From assembly GCA_963854795.1 (NCBI GenBank), contig CAWLAJ010000001.1:1-55819 (forward strand): a stretch of DNA of 55,819 nt, written 5' to 3'. This stretch comes from Deltaproteobacteria bacterium UBA4427 (GTDB taxonomy: Bacteria; Myxococcota_A; UBA9160; UBA4427). Numbering within the stretch: the stretch's first letter is position 1; every line of letters begins with the position of its first letter. Under the pieces are notes generated by a model, which ran no database searches, had not been told where the DNA came from, and worked only from the letters and a program-made list of their open reading frames with translations. A program made the position numbers and the translations under genes. Shown in pieces: positions 42,142 to 51,625 of this stretch.

Positions 42142-42636
42142 TCATCCGCCGGTCGAGGCATTCGCAATCGTCGCGAATGCTTGGCGCACATCATCGGGTG
42201 CTTGAACGAGTTCCACGAGAACGCCTTCCGATCCGATCGGCGAGAGATCGTTGCCCTTTGGATGGATGAAACAAACGTCGTGGCCCGTGGCGCCTTTGCG
42301 AATGCCGCCGGGCGTGAAACGAACGCCTTCTTTTTCGAGCCACGCGACCGCCTGCGGAAGGTCGTCGATCCAGAGACCCACGTGGTTGAGCGCCGGATTG
42401 TGGACCCTGGGGCTCTTCTCCGGATCGATCGGCTGCATCAAGTCGATCTCGACCGCTAGAGGACCGGTGCCGATCGCGCAAATATCTTCGTCGACGTTTT
42501 CACTCTCGCTTTTGTAGGTATGACCAAAGCGCAGGCCCATGATGTCGATCCAGAACCGCCGAAGTTTGTCTTTATCGAGCCCGCCGACGGCGACTTGTTG
42601 AATACCGAGAACCTGAAACGGACGGGATCGGGCCAC
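42142..42636 (-). CDS. VOC-family protein (glyoxalase / methylmalonyl-CoA epimerase-like)
   Basis: Paired beta-alpha-beta-beta-beta modules: [10 protein letters not shown]..., [11 protein letters not shown]..., CFIHPKG..., VLVELVQ. Confidence 0.65.
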   Translation of the reverse strand: MARSRPFQVLGIQQVAVGGLDKDKLRRFWIDIMGLRFGHTYKSESENVDEDICAIGTGPLAVEIDLMQPIDPEKSPRVHNPALNHVGLWIDDLPQAVAWLEKEGVRFTPGGIRKGATGHDVCFIHPKGNDLSPIGSEGVLVELVQAPDDVRQAFATIANASTGG

Positions 42637-42702
42637 GAAAAATCTCCTCTGGGTCGATCGACTTCCGAACGAGCGGGAACGAAAAATCGAAGAGGAGCGA
42701 GT

Positions 42703-43323
42703 CTAACGGATTCCCTTCGCCTCGCCGTGAAAGCCTCGCGCAAGCAAATAGCGCTCGCTGCTGCCCTTGCGAGTCGACTGGAGTTTCAAAGTCTTCGCTC
42801 GATCGAATGCCTTGCGCAGCCGTAGATCGACGACCTGGGCTTCCGGTCCTTCGAGAATCTTGATGAGCGCCGCGCCTCCCGGCTCGAGGATCGCGGGTAA
42901 GAGCTGCTCGATCGTTTCGAGTAGGCGTTCGACATTCGCTCGATCTGTTTCGCGAATGCCCGTGAGCTTCGGAGCGGCATCGGACAAGACCACGTCGGCA
43001 CGCTCCGCGCCCAGACTGTCACGAAGGCGCGCAACGATGTCCGCGTCTTCGAGATCTCCAACGATTGCCGTCACCTGACGGAGCGGAATCTCCGGGTCGA
43101 CTTCAGCGCGATCGATTCCGACGACACGACCCTCCTTCCCGACCAATCCCGCAGCGATTTCCAACCAACCGCCTGGCCAACAACCGAGATCGATGACCCG
43201 CTGCCCCTTCGAGAGAAGCTTCGAGGATTTCTGGACCTCTTTGAGTTTGTAGGCTGCACGCGATCGCAGACCTTCCTTTTTTGCGCGTTGATGGAGATGA
43301 TCCTTTCGATTGTATTTCGCCAT
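42703..43323 (-). CDS. rlmE: 23S rRNA (uridine2552-2'-O)-methyltransferase
   Basis: RSRAAYKLKEV, SAM motif VIDLGCWPGGW, VLSDAAPKLTG, and KILEG. Confidence 0.9.
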   Translation of the reverse strand: MAKYNRKDHLHQRAKKEGLRSRAAYKLKEVQKSSKLLSKGQRVIDLGCWPGGWLEIAAGLVGKEGRVVGIDRAEVDPEIPLRQVTAIVGDLEDADIVARLRDSLGAERADVVLSDAAPKLTGIRETDRANVERLLETIEQLLPAILEPGGAALIKILEGPEAQVVDLRLRKAFDRAKTLKLQSTRKGSSERYLLARGFHGEAKGIR

Positions 43324-43611
43324 GGCCGGCCAACGATATCAGCCTCTGGAACGAGGGTGCGCCGACCCTCGACGAGACAGATTCGGCGGCCCGTGATCCA
43401 CCAACGAACAGTCGCCGTCGGTTTCTGCGAAACCAGACTCGGGTCTCGGGTCGAACTACGCGGCCGATCGAAAAATGTTTCCATCGCGAGTCGATTCTTG
43501 CCCATTTTCATGTGCTGCGGGTGTAGGGTGAGGGCCGGCTCAGTCATCACCAGCGCAAAGCTGATTTGAAGACGCTCACGTTCGCGCTGGTGATGCGGGT
43601 CAATGCGGGTA

Positions 43612-44532
43612 CTAGGACTTCGCAGCCCCGCCGAGCCATTCTCGAAGATGCGCGTTCACGGCTTCGGGCGCTTCTTGTTGGACCCAGTGGCCGGCGTTCG
43701 GGACCAGGCGAATCGTCAGGTCTTCCACTCGACTCGCGGCCTCATCGATCATCTCGGTTGGCAAGATCGGATCCCGTTCACCCCAGACAACCAGCGTCGG
43801 CGTCTCGATTCTCGGGAAGCCCAACACCGCGAGTCGCTTCATCCCGCCGCCACGCACCAGGGCTCGGTAGTAGTTGATCATTGCGGTCAGCGCGCCCGGC
43901 CGCGAAGCCGCCTCTCGATAGACTTCGATCACATCGTCCGTGAATCGCTCCGGCTGTGCGGAAGTCGAACCGCGAAAAAACTGCGCGATCGCTCGAGCCT
44001 TCTTTCGACCGAGCACCCATTCTGGAAGTCGCGGAATCTGGAAGAACAAGACGTAGCTGAAGCGCCAGAACTCCCGCGAAAAAACGCTCGGCGCATGCTC
44101 GCGCGGTCGCGGAACCGGTGCGTTCAGAATGATCAGACGCGTGAGTTTGCGCAGCCTTTGTGCGGCGAATTGCCAGGCGATGATGCCTCCCCAATCGTGA
44201 GCGATCAGAATCGTCTCACTCGCCCCCGACGCATCGATCAGCCCGGCAACATCCTCCATCAGCGTCTCGATGCTGTAATTCCTGATCCCCTGCGGTCGAT
44301 CCGTTGTCCCGTAGCCGCGCAGGTCGGGTGCCCAGACCCGATAGCCGAGCGACGCCAGCAAGGGCATCTGATGACGCCATGAATAGGCAATCTCGGGAAA
44401 GCCGTGCAGACACAGGGCCAGCCGATCCCCCTCTCCGCAGACACGAACATGGAAGTCGAGCCCATTGGCGCGAATCCGTTCGGAACGAATCTCGTCCGCT
44501 CCGTCGAGCACCGCTTCTAGATCGCTGGCCAT
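43612..44532 (-). CDS. alpha/beta hydrolase (epoxide hydrolase / haloalkane dehalogenase-like)
   Basis: LHGFPEIAYSWRHQ, DLRGYGTTD, nucleophile AHDWGG, and C-terminal NAGHWVQQE. Confidence 0.8.
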   Translation of the reverse strand: MASDLEAVLDGADEIRSERIRANGLDFHVRVCGEGDRLALCLHGFPEIAYSWRHQMPLLASLGYRVWAPDLRGYGTTDRPQGIRNYSIETLMEDVAGLIDASGASETILIAHDWGGIIAWQFAAQRLRKLTRLIILNAPVPRPREHAPSVFSREFWRFSYVLFFQIPRLPEWVLGRKKARAIAQFFRGSTSAQPERFTDDVIEVYREAASRPGALTAMINYYRALVRGGGMKRLAVLGFPRIETPTLVVWGERDPILPTEMIDEAASRVEDLTIRLVPNAGHWVQQEAPEAVNAHLREWLGGAAKS

Positions 44533-44665
44533 CGAACCCCCTGGAGCCTCATCTCACGAGGCAGAGACCATAGTAGGCTTTCGGAACCGCTACGCGCGAC
44601 CGACAGCGCGGGTTGATCGAATCGACTTCGCCTATCCTCTGTCCCTACGCGTTCGGGAGGACACC

Positions 44666-45253
44666 ATGACCGAATCATCGGGAAGTGAAGATGTCATTCA
44701 GGACACGCTCAGCGAAGCGTGGGGAATCTTCGTAAACGACTTCGTTCTCTTTGTCATCGCCGGGTTGCTGATGATCGTCGTCTCGGTCGCCAGCCTGGGC
44801 CTTCTCTCCGGCCCGATGACCGTCGGCTTCATCAAGCTCGTCGAGAGACGCCGCCAGGGCGAATCCGGATCCGCCACCGACATCTTCGATGGCTTCACGC
44901 AATTCGGAGCCAGTTTGATCGCATCGATCCTGATCGGGGCGGGCGTGTTCATCGGCATGATGCTCCTGGTCCTACCCGGTGTGCTCTTCGGTCTCGCGAT
45001 GGCCTTCACATTCCCGGCCATCGCAATCGACAATGAGGATGCAACGGGGGCCATGACTGCAAGCTTCACGATCGTGAAGGAAAACCCGGCGGTCTCCCTG
45101 GTCTTTCTCGTGATCATGCTCGTGTTGAGTGGAATCGGGACGGCGACCGCCTTCGGAACTCTGTTGACGATGCCCTTTACTCTGGTCTTGATGACGCTCG
45201 CCTATCATCGGTTGGCGGAGCCGCGAACATCAGAGCACTCGATCGAAGTCTGA
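44666..45253 (+). CDS. hypothetical membrane protein (4-5 TM)
   Basis: The ATG at 44666 is preceded by GGGAGG. Hydrophobic helices are FVLFVIAGLLMIVVSVASLGLL, LIASILIGAGVFIGMMLLVLPGVLFGLAMAF and VSLVFLVIMLVLSGIG. Confidence 0.55.
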   Translation: MTESSGSEDVIQDTLSEAWGIFVNDFVLFVIAGLLMIVVSVASLGLLSGPMTVGFIKLVERRRQGESGSATDIFDGFTQFGASLIASILIGAGVFIGMMLLVLPGVLFGLAMAFTFPAIAIDNEDATGAMTASFTIVKENPAVSLVFLVIMLVLSGIGTATAFGTLLTMPFTLVLMTLAYHRLAEPRTSEHSIEV

Positions 45254-45280
45254 ACCGAACGTGAATCCGGAGGGCCCGCG

Positions 45281-45664
45281 ATGCATGTCGCCTACGTGAA
45301 TCTTTTTGTGAGTGATCTCGATCGCTCCGTCGAGTTCTACTCGAAGAAGCTGGGTCTCGCACTCGAGTTCTCCGATTCGGAACACGGATATGCGTCTCTC
45401 GACTCGGGTCCCGTGAGACTCGGACTGACCTTGCCCGGCCCCGACCAGGGTGAACTTCTGGGCCGCCACACGGGAGTCGGATTGGCCGTCGACGATCTCG
45501 TCGCCGAGCACGCTCGTCTCAAAGCGCTAGGCGTCGAGTTCACGATGGAGCCGAGCAAGCAGCCCTGGGGTGGATTCATGGCCATGATCGCGGATCCCGA
45601 CCGCAATATTCTCTACCTGGACGAAGTCGCCGTAATGCATCCGGAGGCCAAAGCCGGCTCCTAG
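45281..45664 (+). CDS. VOC-family (glyoxalase/bleomycin-resistance) protein
   Basis: MHVAYVNLFVSDLDRSVEFYSKKLGL... 127 aa. Confidence 0.7.
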   Translation: MHVAYVNLFVSDLDRSVEFYSKKLGLALEFSDSEHGYASLDSGPVRLGLTLPGPDQGELLGRHTGVGLAVDDLVAEHARLKALGVEFTMEPSKQPWGGFMAMIADPDRNILYLDEVAVMHPEAKAGS

Positions 45665-46302
45665 CTCTTGATCGCCTTGCGGATCTTCACCAGGGCGTTC
45701 TTGTGGCCGGGCACGGCGCCACGCACGAAGAGCAGGTTGCGATCCGTATCGACGCGAATGACTTCGAGGTTCTGCGTCGTCACTCGGGCATTGCCGAGCT
45801 GGCCAGCCATCTTCATGCCCTTGATGACCTTGCCGGGACTCGCGCCCGCGCCGATCGAGCCGGCGTGGCGGAAGGCCTCGTGCGTACCGTGCGTACGCTT
45901 CTTGATCGCAAAGCCGTGGCGCCTGACGACGCCGGAAAAGCCGCGGCCCTTGCTCGTGCCGATGGCATCGACGCGCTGGCCGACCGCGAAGATGTCGACC
46001 TTGAGCTCCGCGCCAGACTCGAGTTCGGCGACTTCCTCGGCGCTGAGTCGACTCTCGGCGAGGTATCGCTTTGGGTCGCTACCGCCGTTCTTTTCGAAAT
46101 GGGTCTTCTCGGCCTTCGAGAAGAGCGCGGCGCGGCGCTCTCCGAAAGCGAGCTGGACCGCGTCGTAGCCGTCCTTCTCGCCGGTTTTCCTCTGCACGAC
46201 CACGTTCGGGCCCGCTTCGAGCACGGTGACGGGTACGGCTTCGCCGGACTCGGCGAAGACACGGGTCATGCCGAGCTTCTTGCACAGTAGTTCTATGGAC
46301 AT
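45661..46302 (-). CDS. rplC: 50S ribosomal protein L3 (stand-alone copy)
   Basis: Start at the ATG at 46302 with GAGGAG upstream. KKLGMTRVF, GTSKGRGFSGVVRRHGF, HGTHEAFRHAGSIGAGASPGKVIKGMKMAGQLG and LLFVRGAVPG align along the whole length with E. coli L3. The track N-terminal extension is not protein-like. Confidence 0.85.
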   Translation of the reverse strand: MSIELLCKKLGMTRVFAESGEAVPVTVLEAGPNVVVQRKTGEKDGYDAVQLAFGERRAALFSKAEKTHFEKNGGSDPKRYLAESRLSAEEVAELESGAELKVDIFAVGQRVDAIGTSKGRGFSGVVRRHGFAIKKRTHGTHEAFRHAGSIGAGASPGKVIKGMKMAGQLGNARVTTQNLEVIRVDTDRNLLFVRGAVPGHKNALVKIRKAIKS

Positions 46303-46715
46303 ATCGGGGATCTCCTCGTCCGGATTGGAACCGCCTCCGTCCGTCGGAGTGGGTTCGTCGCGGTCGATGCGACTCGGGTGGGGCTGACCCGGGCATTTTT
46401 TGCAGCGGGCGCCCGCGCGCGAGGGGCGATCAGACTCTATTCTCGCATCTGTGGTTCCCGATTTCGGTCGTCGTTCCCGATTTTCGCGGGCGACCTGATC
46501 TCGAGAGCGCGGCAGGCTAGCACGGGGTTCGGATCCCGGCGAATCCTGATCGAATTCAGCCGAATTCGCTGAAATTCGGGCAAGAATCGCATCCCATCGC
46601 TGAATCCGAACGCCCCGAGAGCCAGCCGACAAGAAGCCGGGAAACCGATCGCGACGTCCCTCGACGCCGGGAACCGGTGAGCAACCATCGCAGGACGAAA
46701 ACGGAGCAATCAGCC

Positions 46716-47720
46716 ATGGAATATCGAGCCACTCTCATTCCCGGCGACGGAATCGGCCCCGAAGTGGTCGACGCGGCCGTTCGCGTGGTTGCCGCGGCCG
46801 GTGTCCGTGTGGACTGGCAACGGGTGGAAGCCGGTGCCGACGTATTCGTGAAATACGGCACGGCGCTGCCCGACGAAGTGCTCAATTCGATTCGAACGAC
46901 CGGTGTCGCGCTCAAGGGTCCGATCGGAACGCCGATCGGGGGCGGCTTCAAGAGCGCCAACGTAGTGCTGCGACAATCGCTCGATCTCTACGCCTGCGTC
47001 CGGCCCATTCGTACGATCCCCGGTGTCCCCTCGCGCTACACCGACGTCGACTTCGTGATCGTTCGCGAAAACACCGAAGGCCTCTACACGGGCCTCGAAC
47101 ATCGCGTGACCCAGGGTGTCGTCGAAAGTCTGAAGGTCGTCACCGAATCCGCGAGCCTGCGCATCGCACGTTATGCGTTCAAGCTCGCGCGGGATCAAGG
47201 ACGATCGACCGTCGCCGCGATTCACAAAGCCAATATCATGAAGCTCTCGGATGGGCTCTTCCTCGAATGTGCCCGACGCGTTGCCCGCGACTATCCCGAA
47301 ATCGAGCTGAAGGAATTGATCATCGACAACTGCGCGATGCAACTCGTGACCCGTCCCGAACAATTCGATGTCTTGCTCATGGACAATCTCTATGGCGACA
47401 TTCTATCGGACCTCGGTGCGGGACTCGTCGGTGGACTCGGCGTCGTACCCGGAAGCAATATCGGAAATGAATGCGCCGTTTTCGAAGCCGTTCATGGCAG
47501 CGCGCCGGATCTAGCCGGCAAGGGCCGCGCCAACCCGACCGCTGTCATCCGCTCCGCTGCACAACTGGTCGCCCACCTCGGAGAAATCGACGCGGCCGCG
47601 CGCATCGAAAGCGCCGTCCTGACGGCACTCTCCGATCCCACGAACCAACCCGGTGATCTCGGCGGGAAGGCATCGACGGATCAGCTCACCGATGCGATCT
47701 TGCGCGAGCTCGAAGACTGA
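46716..47720 (+). CDS. NAD-dependent isocitrate dehydrogenase / isopropylmalate dehydrogenase family
   Basis: The ATG at 46716 is preceded by ACGGAG. IPGDGIGPEV, VALKGPIGTP, VRENTEGLY and NLYGDILSDL motifs. Confidence 0.8.
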   Translation: MEYRATLIPGDGIGPEVVDAAVRVVAAAGVRVDWQRVEAGADVFVKYGTALPDEVLNSIRTTGVALKGPIGTPIGGGFKSANVVLRQSLDLYACVRPIRTIPGVPSRYTDVDFVIVRENTEGLYTGLEHRVTQGVVESLKVVTESASLRIARYAFKLARDQGRSTVAAIHKANIMKLSDGLFLECARRVARDYPEIELKELIIDNCAMQLVTRPEQFDVLLMDNLYGDILSDLGAGLVGGLGVVPGSNIGNECAVFEAVHGSAPDLAGKGRANPTAVIRSAAQLVAHLGEIDAAARIESAVLTALSDPTNQPGDLGGKASTDQLTDAILRELED

Positions 47721-47746
47721 GGACCGAGCTTCAAGGGAACCCGCGT

Positions 47747-49453
47747 ATGCGTTCGCCCGATCAATCCACGGATGAATATGCAGCGAGCAGGCTCCGACCC
47801 GTCCTCGTATTGGCTCTGGACGGCGCAACCTTCGATGTCATCCGGCCGCTCGTCGAGCGAGGACTTCTCCCGAATCTCAGCGCATGGATGAAGGAAGGGC
47901 ACGCGAGTCCGCTCGCGAGCACGACCCCACCCGTTACCTTTCCCGCCTGGTCGTCGTTCATGACTGGCCTAACCCCTGCGCAACACGGAATCTTCGACTT
48001 TACCCAGAAGAAGCCAGGCGAATACCGGCTGCGCTTCATCAACTCCACCGATCGCGTTGGCGCTTCGATCTTTGGGCGTGTGGGACAGTCAGGAGAGCGC
48101 TCGCTCGTGCTGGGTCTGCCGGCCACTCATCCGCCCGAGGAAGTCGACGGCTTGCTGGTCTGCGGATTCGATGCACCCGTCTCGACAGGCACGGACGAGC
48201 GAAGCGCGAGTGATCCTGCTCTCTATCGCGAGATCGCCGCGGTCGCCGGCCCCTGGATGCGGCCAGAGCTGAACGAATCGTCACGCGCGGACGATTTTCA
48301 TGAACGAGCCGTCGAAACCCTGCTCACGCGCATCGATCGCAAGCGCGACTTCGCTCTCGAAGCGCTCGCGAGGTTGCGCGCGGCCGCGGACGGGTCCCTA
48401 CCCGCTTTCATGATGGTCGTCTTCTCGGAGAGCGATACGGCCGGACACCACTATTGGCGCGATCACGATCCCGATTCTCCCCGCCACGATCCCACTGTTT
48501 CCCGCCAGCGAAGGGAAGCACTCGAAAGCGTCTACCGACGTCTCGACGATGCCTGCGGCTCGATCCGCGAGGCTGTGGGTGAAGACGTGTTATGCGTCGT
48601 TCTATCGGATCACGGGATGGGCGGCGCATCCGACAAGATCGTTCATCTCAATCGTCATCTGGCCGAGAGGGGATTGCTCTTTCGCCGCGAAGGCAGCGGA
48701 CGCTTCATCGATCGATTCGCCAGAACACTTCGTGACTTCGCCCTCGCCCATCTGCCGGCCGCGATTGCCCAACAGCTCTTTCGCCGTGCGCGCGGCGCGG
48801 CGGCTGAACTCGAGAGTCGCGCGCGCTTCGGCGGCTTCGAATGGCATCGAACCGTCGCCTTTTGCGAAGAGGCCAACACCAACCCCGGCGTGTGGATCAA
48901 TCTCGCCGGGCGCGAGGCCCAGGGCTGTGTCGAACAAAGTGAGTACGAGGCCGTCCGCGATCGCGTCATCGAGGCCCTGCTGACCTGGCGTTTGCCCACC
49001 GGCAAGCCAGTCATCGCCCGCGCTCTGCGACGAGAAGAGGTCCACGAGGGCCCGTATGCCGAGCGCGCTCCGGACATCGTGATCGAGCTGGCGCTCGATG
49101 ACGGCTATGGCCTGTCGCTCGTCCCGACTCCATGGTCCGAGGGCGGCCTGCACGGTTCGGGCATTGCCTCGATTCGCACGCTCGCCGCAGATCAACAGGC
49201 GGGTGGACGCGGACGCGGCATGAATGGCACTCATCGCCGCGACGGAATCTGGATTGCCGTCGGTCCGGGCGCCCAGGATCGCGATGCCCCCAGGCGACTG
49301 ACCCACGTGGCGCCATGGTTGGCGGGAGCGATGGGATTGGACTGGGAACCGGCCGCGGACACGTCGCCCCGGAAGCGCGAACCCGTCGAGTACGACGACG
49401 CAGAGGAAGCCATGGTTGCCGAGCGGCTGAGAGCGCTTGGCTATCTCGACTAG
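47747..49453 (+). CDS. alkaline phosphatase superfamily protein (type I phosphodiesterase / nucleotide pyrophosphatase family)
   Basis: VLALDGATFDVIRPL, the nucleophile region TTPPVTFPAWSSFMTGL, ESDTAGHHY, and LSDHGMG. Confidence 0.7.
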   Translation: MRSPDQSTDEYAASRLRPVLVLALDGATFDVIRPLVERGLLPNLSAWMKEGHASPLASTTPPVTFPAWSSFMTGLTPAQHGIFDFTQKKPGEYRLRFINSTDRVGASIFGRVGQSGERSLVLGLPATHPPEEVDGLLVCGFDAPVSTGTDERSASDPALYREIAAVAGPWMRPELNESSRADDFHERAVETLLTRIDRKRDFALEALARLRAAADGSLPAFMMVVFSESDTAGHHYWRDHDPDSPRHDPTVSRQRREALESVYRRLDDACGSIREAVGEDVLCVVLSDHGMGGASDKIVHLNRHLAERGLLFRREGSGRFIDRFARTLRDFALAHLPAAIAQQLFRRARGAAAELESRARFGGFEWHRTVAFCEEANTNPGVWINLAGREAQGCVEQSEYEAVRDRVIEALLTWRLPTGKPVIARALRREEVHEGPYAERAPDIVIELALDDGYGLSLVPTPWSEGGLHGSGIASIRTLAADQQAGGRGRGMNGTHRRDGIWIAVGPGAQDRDAPRRLTHVAPWLAGAMGLDWEPAADTSPRKREPVEYDDAEEAMVAERLRALGYLD

Positions 49454-49471
49454 CCCTGGCCGCGAGCCGTC

Positions 49472-50548
49472 TCAGCCCCCGGTTGGACGAAACGTATCGA
49501 CGAGGTGCTTACAGAAGCCGACGACGTTGCCGACCCTGTGCGGTTCGGTCTTGCCAAGCCGAACGATCACGAGATCGAGTTTCGGACTGATCGTAATCCT
49601 TTGACCGCCGGCACCATGACATTCGAACAGACCGAGACTCCCGGGGATGACCCAGAAATGGGCGCCATAACATCCAGCCGGAGCGATTGCCGAGGACGTT
49701 CGGCTGTAATCCACCCAGCCCTCGGGCAGAATCCGCTGTCCATCCCATGAACCATTTCGCAGATAGAGGTAGCCGAAGCGTGCGTAGTCACGGGCGCTGG
49801 CAAAGAAATGACTCGAGCCGACGAAGGTTCCCGCTTCGTCGAAACGGGGATCCGCACTCGTCATCCCGATCGGATCGAAGAGCTCACGCTTCATGAACTC
49901 GCGCATTCCGGCTTCACCGCCGCCAACGGTCTCGGACACGAGTCGCGAGAGCAGATTGCTACCCCCACTATTGTAATTCCAGCGCGTTTCGGGCTCGGCC
50001 TGGTAGGGAAGTGTCGCTGCGAAGCCCGCGACGTCCGCCTTCCCATCTCCGAATAGCATCGGAATCACGTCGGATTCCTCGGGCGGCCAATAGCGAACCG
50101 AACCCCCACCGAGATCCTCGGCTTCGCGAAATCGCAGACCGTCGACCATCCGCAGCATCTGATCGATCGTGATCCGGCGACGCTTGTCATCTTCCGGCCA
50201 TTCACGAACCGGCATGGGCTTTGAAATGTCGAGCTTCCCCTGCTTCACGAGAATGCCGATCAAGGCGCTCGTAATACTCTTCGCCATCGACCAGGAGAGA
50301 AAGGTGTCCTCCGGCCCGGCATCGTGCGCGTAGCGCTCAGCGACGATCTCGCCGCCCTGAATCGCGACGATCGCATGCGTTCGGTCGAGATCCTCGGGTT
50401 CGGGCTGGCTGAACGCATGATCCAGGAGCTTTTCGAGTGCGCCTTGATCGACGCGTGAATCGAGTTTCCCGATCGACCAATCCTTTGTCGGCCAGGCGAG
50501 GTTTTCGGGATGAGAAGGAAGGGGGAGAAGGTCTGCGCGGGTAGACAT
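49472..50548 (-). CDS. serine hydrolase (beta-lactamase / esterase class C-like family)
   Basis: Start at the ATG at 50548 with GAGGAA upstream. S-x-x-K motif in FLSWSMAKSITSALIG, and YNSGGSNLL (the Y-x-N equivalent). The 200-codon N-terminal extension in the track is antisense to the panE-like gene. Confidence 0.75.
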   Translation of the reverse strand: MSTRADLLPLPSHPENLAWPTKDWSIGKLDSRVDQGALEKLLDHAFSQPEPEDLDRTHAIVAIQGGEIVAERYAHDAGPEDTFLSWSMAKSITSALIGILVKQGKLDISKPMPVREWPEDDKRRRITIDQMLRMVDGLRFREAEDLGGGSVRYWPPEESDVIPMLFGDGKADVAGFAATLPYQAEPETRWNYNSGGSNLLSRLVSETVGGGEAGMREFMKRELFDPIGMTSADPRFDEAGTFVGSSHFFASARDYARFGYLYLRNGSWDGQRILPEGWVDYSRTSSAIAPAGCYGAHFWVIPGSLGLFECHGAGGQRITISPKLDLVIVRLGKTEPHRVGNVVGFCKHLVDTFRPTGG

Positions 50549-50743
50549 GATGATTCCTCGCTGGCTTGGCGATCCGGGTTCCTTGGCCGGTTTCGAATCT
50601 AGCGAAGTGCTCCCGAGCATGTGGGAGGGGCTCGCTGCCAGTCGTGTAGCTTGCCCCTCTGCGTTCTCGACCGGCCAGGGAAAATGTCCGCCGCGCGTTG
50701 GCGACTTCGCGGAAACGCGACGCGGCAAGGAGGCTTTGAGATC

Positions 50744-51625
50744 GTGCGATTCATAGTGGTCGGAGCCGGGGCGATCGGTGGCGTCGTCGGGCGACGACTG
50801 GTCGAGCACGGTCATGATGTCGTATTCGTCGCGCGGGGTCCGCATGGACGGGCGATCGCCGAGTCGGGTCTCCGTCTTGCATCGCCTGCGGGTGCTGCCC
50901 ATCTCGATGTCGATGTCGATGTCGTCCAGGAGCCGCGCACTCTGCGTTGCCGGAGTGACGACGTCGTGCTCCTCGCAGTCAAGAGTCCGGACTCGGTGGC
51001 CGTGCATCTGCTGCCGGGCGAAGTTCGAGCCCATTGCTCTCCGATCACGGGACTCATCGACATCGGCGGCTATCCGGATGGGATCGATGACACGGTCGAT
51101 GCGATCGTCGCGGCGCTTTCCGAGTCGACGTTCTCGTCCATCGCACAAGCGAAGATCATGCGTTGGAAATGGGCGAAGCTGCTCTTGAATCTGGGCAACG
51201 CGATCGAAGCGATCTGCGGACCGCCGGCCATCTCCGATCGGGGTCGAGAAGACGGCCGTCTGCGAGAGCTCGAAGACGACGACCGCTCGAGCAACGAGGG
51301 CCAGAGCGAAGATCAGCCCGAGCGGGCGCCAGCCCAGAATCGACTAGGGTGGAAGGGACGGCTCGCCGCCCGGTGCGGCACTCCTGTCTGCAGCACCCAT
51401 GTCCGCTTCGCGACTCCCAAACGCTGGCTTGTGATGCGACCGGTGAACGCCGGTGGCGATCGGCAGCCGAGCGCAGCATACATCAGGGCTTCCACCGTCC
51501 CGGCTCACGGGAGGACCGGTATAGTCTCACATCTGCAGACGGTCGCCCGACGTGAGGGTTGCCGGGAGCGAGAGGAATCGATGTTCGCGGATCCATTCCA
51601 GACCGGACTCTTCGGAAATGAGTGA
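50744..51625 (+). pseudogene. 2-dehydropantoate 2-reductase (PanE/ApbA) family gene, probably degraded
   Basis: The GTG at 50744 has AAGGAGG 10 nt upstream. A clear Rossmann N-terminus VRFIVVGAGAIGGVVGRRLVEHGHDVVFVARG and VVLLAVKS is present. About 50 aa of the N-domain seem missing before IDIGGYPDG. The C-domain starts normally (MRWKWAKLLLNLGNAIEAICG), but the remaining 130 codons are not family-like in this frame. Confidence 0.4.

Noticed and set aside
43324-43611. ORFs 43071-43550 (minus) and 43281-43569 (plus) in the rlmE upstream spacer
   Set aside because: They overlap rlmE out of frame or have junk composition. No motif is present, and I treat this as an intergenic or promoter region.
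46486-46545. tRNA-like T-arm sequence GGGGTTCGGATCCCG in the rplC-icd spacer
   Set aside because: No complementary acceptor stem is present. The spacing to any 5' acceptor candidate does not accommodate D and anticodon arms.
49472-51148. 558-aa version of the serine hydrolase
   Set aside because: The 200-codon N-terminal extension is antisense to the panE-like Rossmann region and is not protein-like. The internal ATG at 50548 has a GAGGAA SD and gives a normal-length enzyme.
51230-51400. Possible minus-strand gene with a second in-frame TAG, reading MGAADRS...PP-TAG-SILGWRPLGLIFALALVARAVVVFEL (TM-like)
   Set aside because: There is no usable start after the TAG. The frame continues into obvious antisense junk. 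A single hydrophobic stretch in GC-rich DNA is weak evidence.
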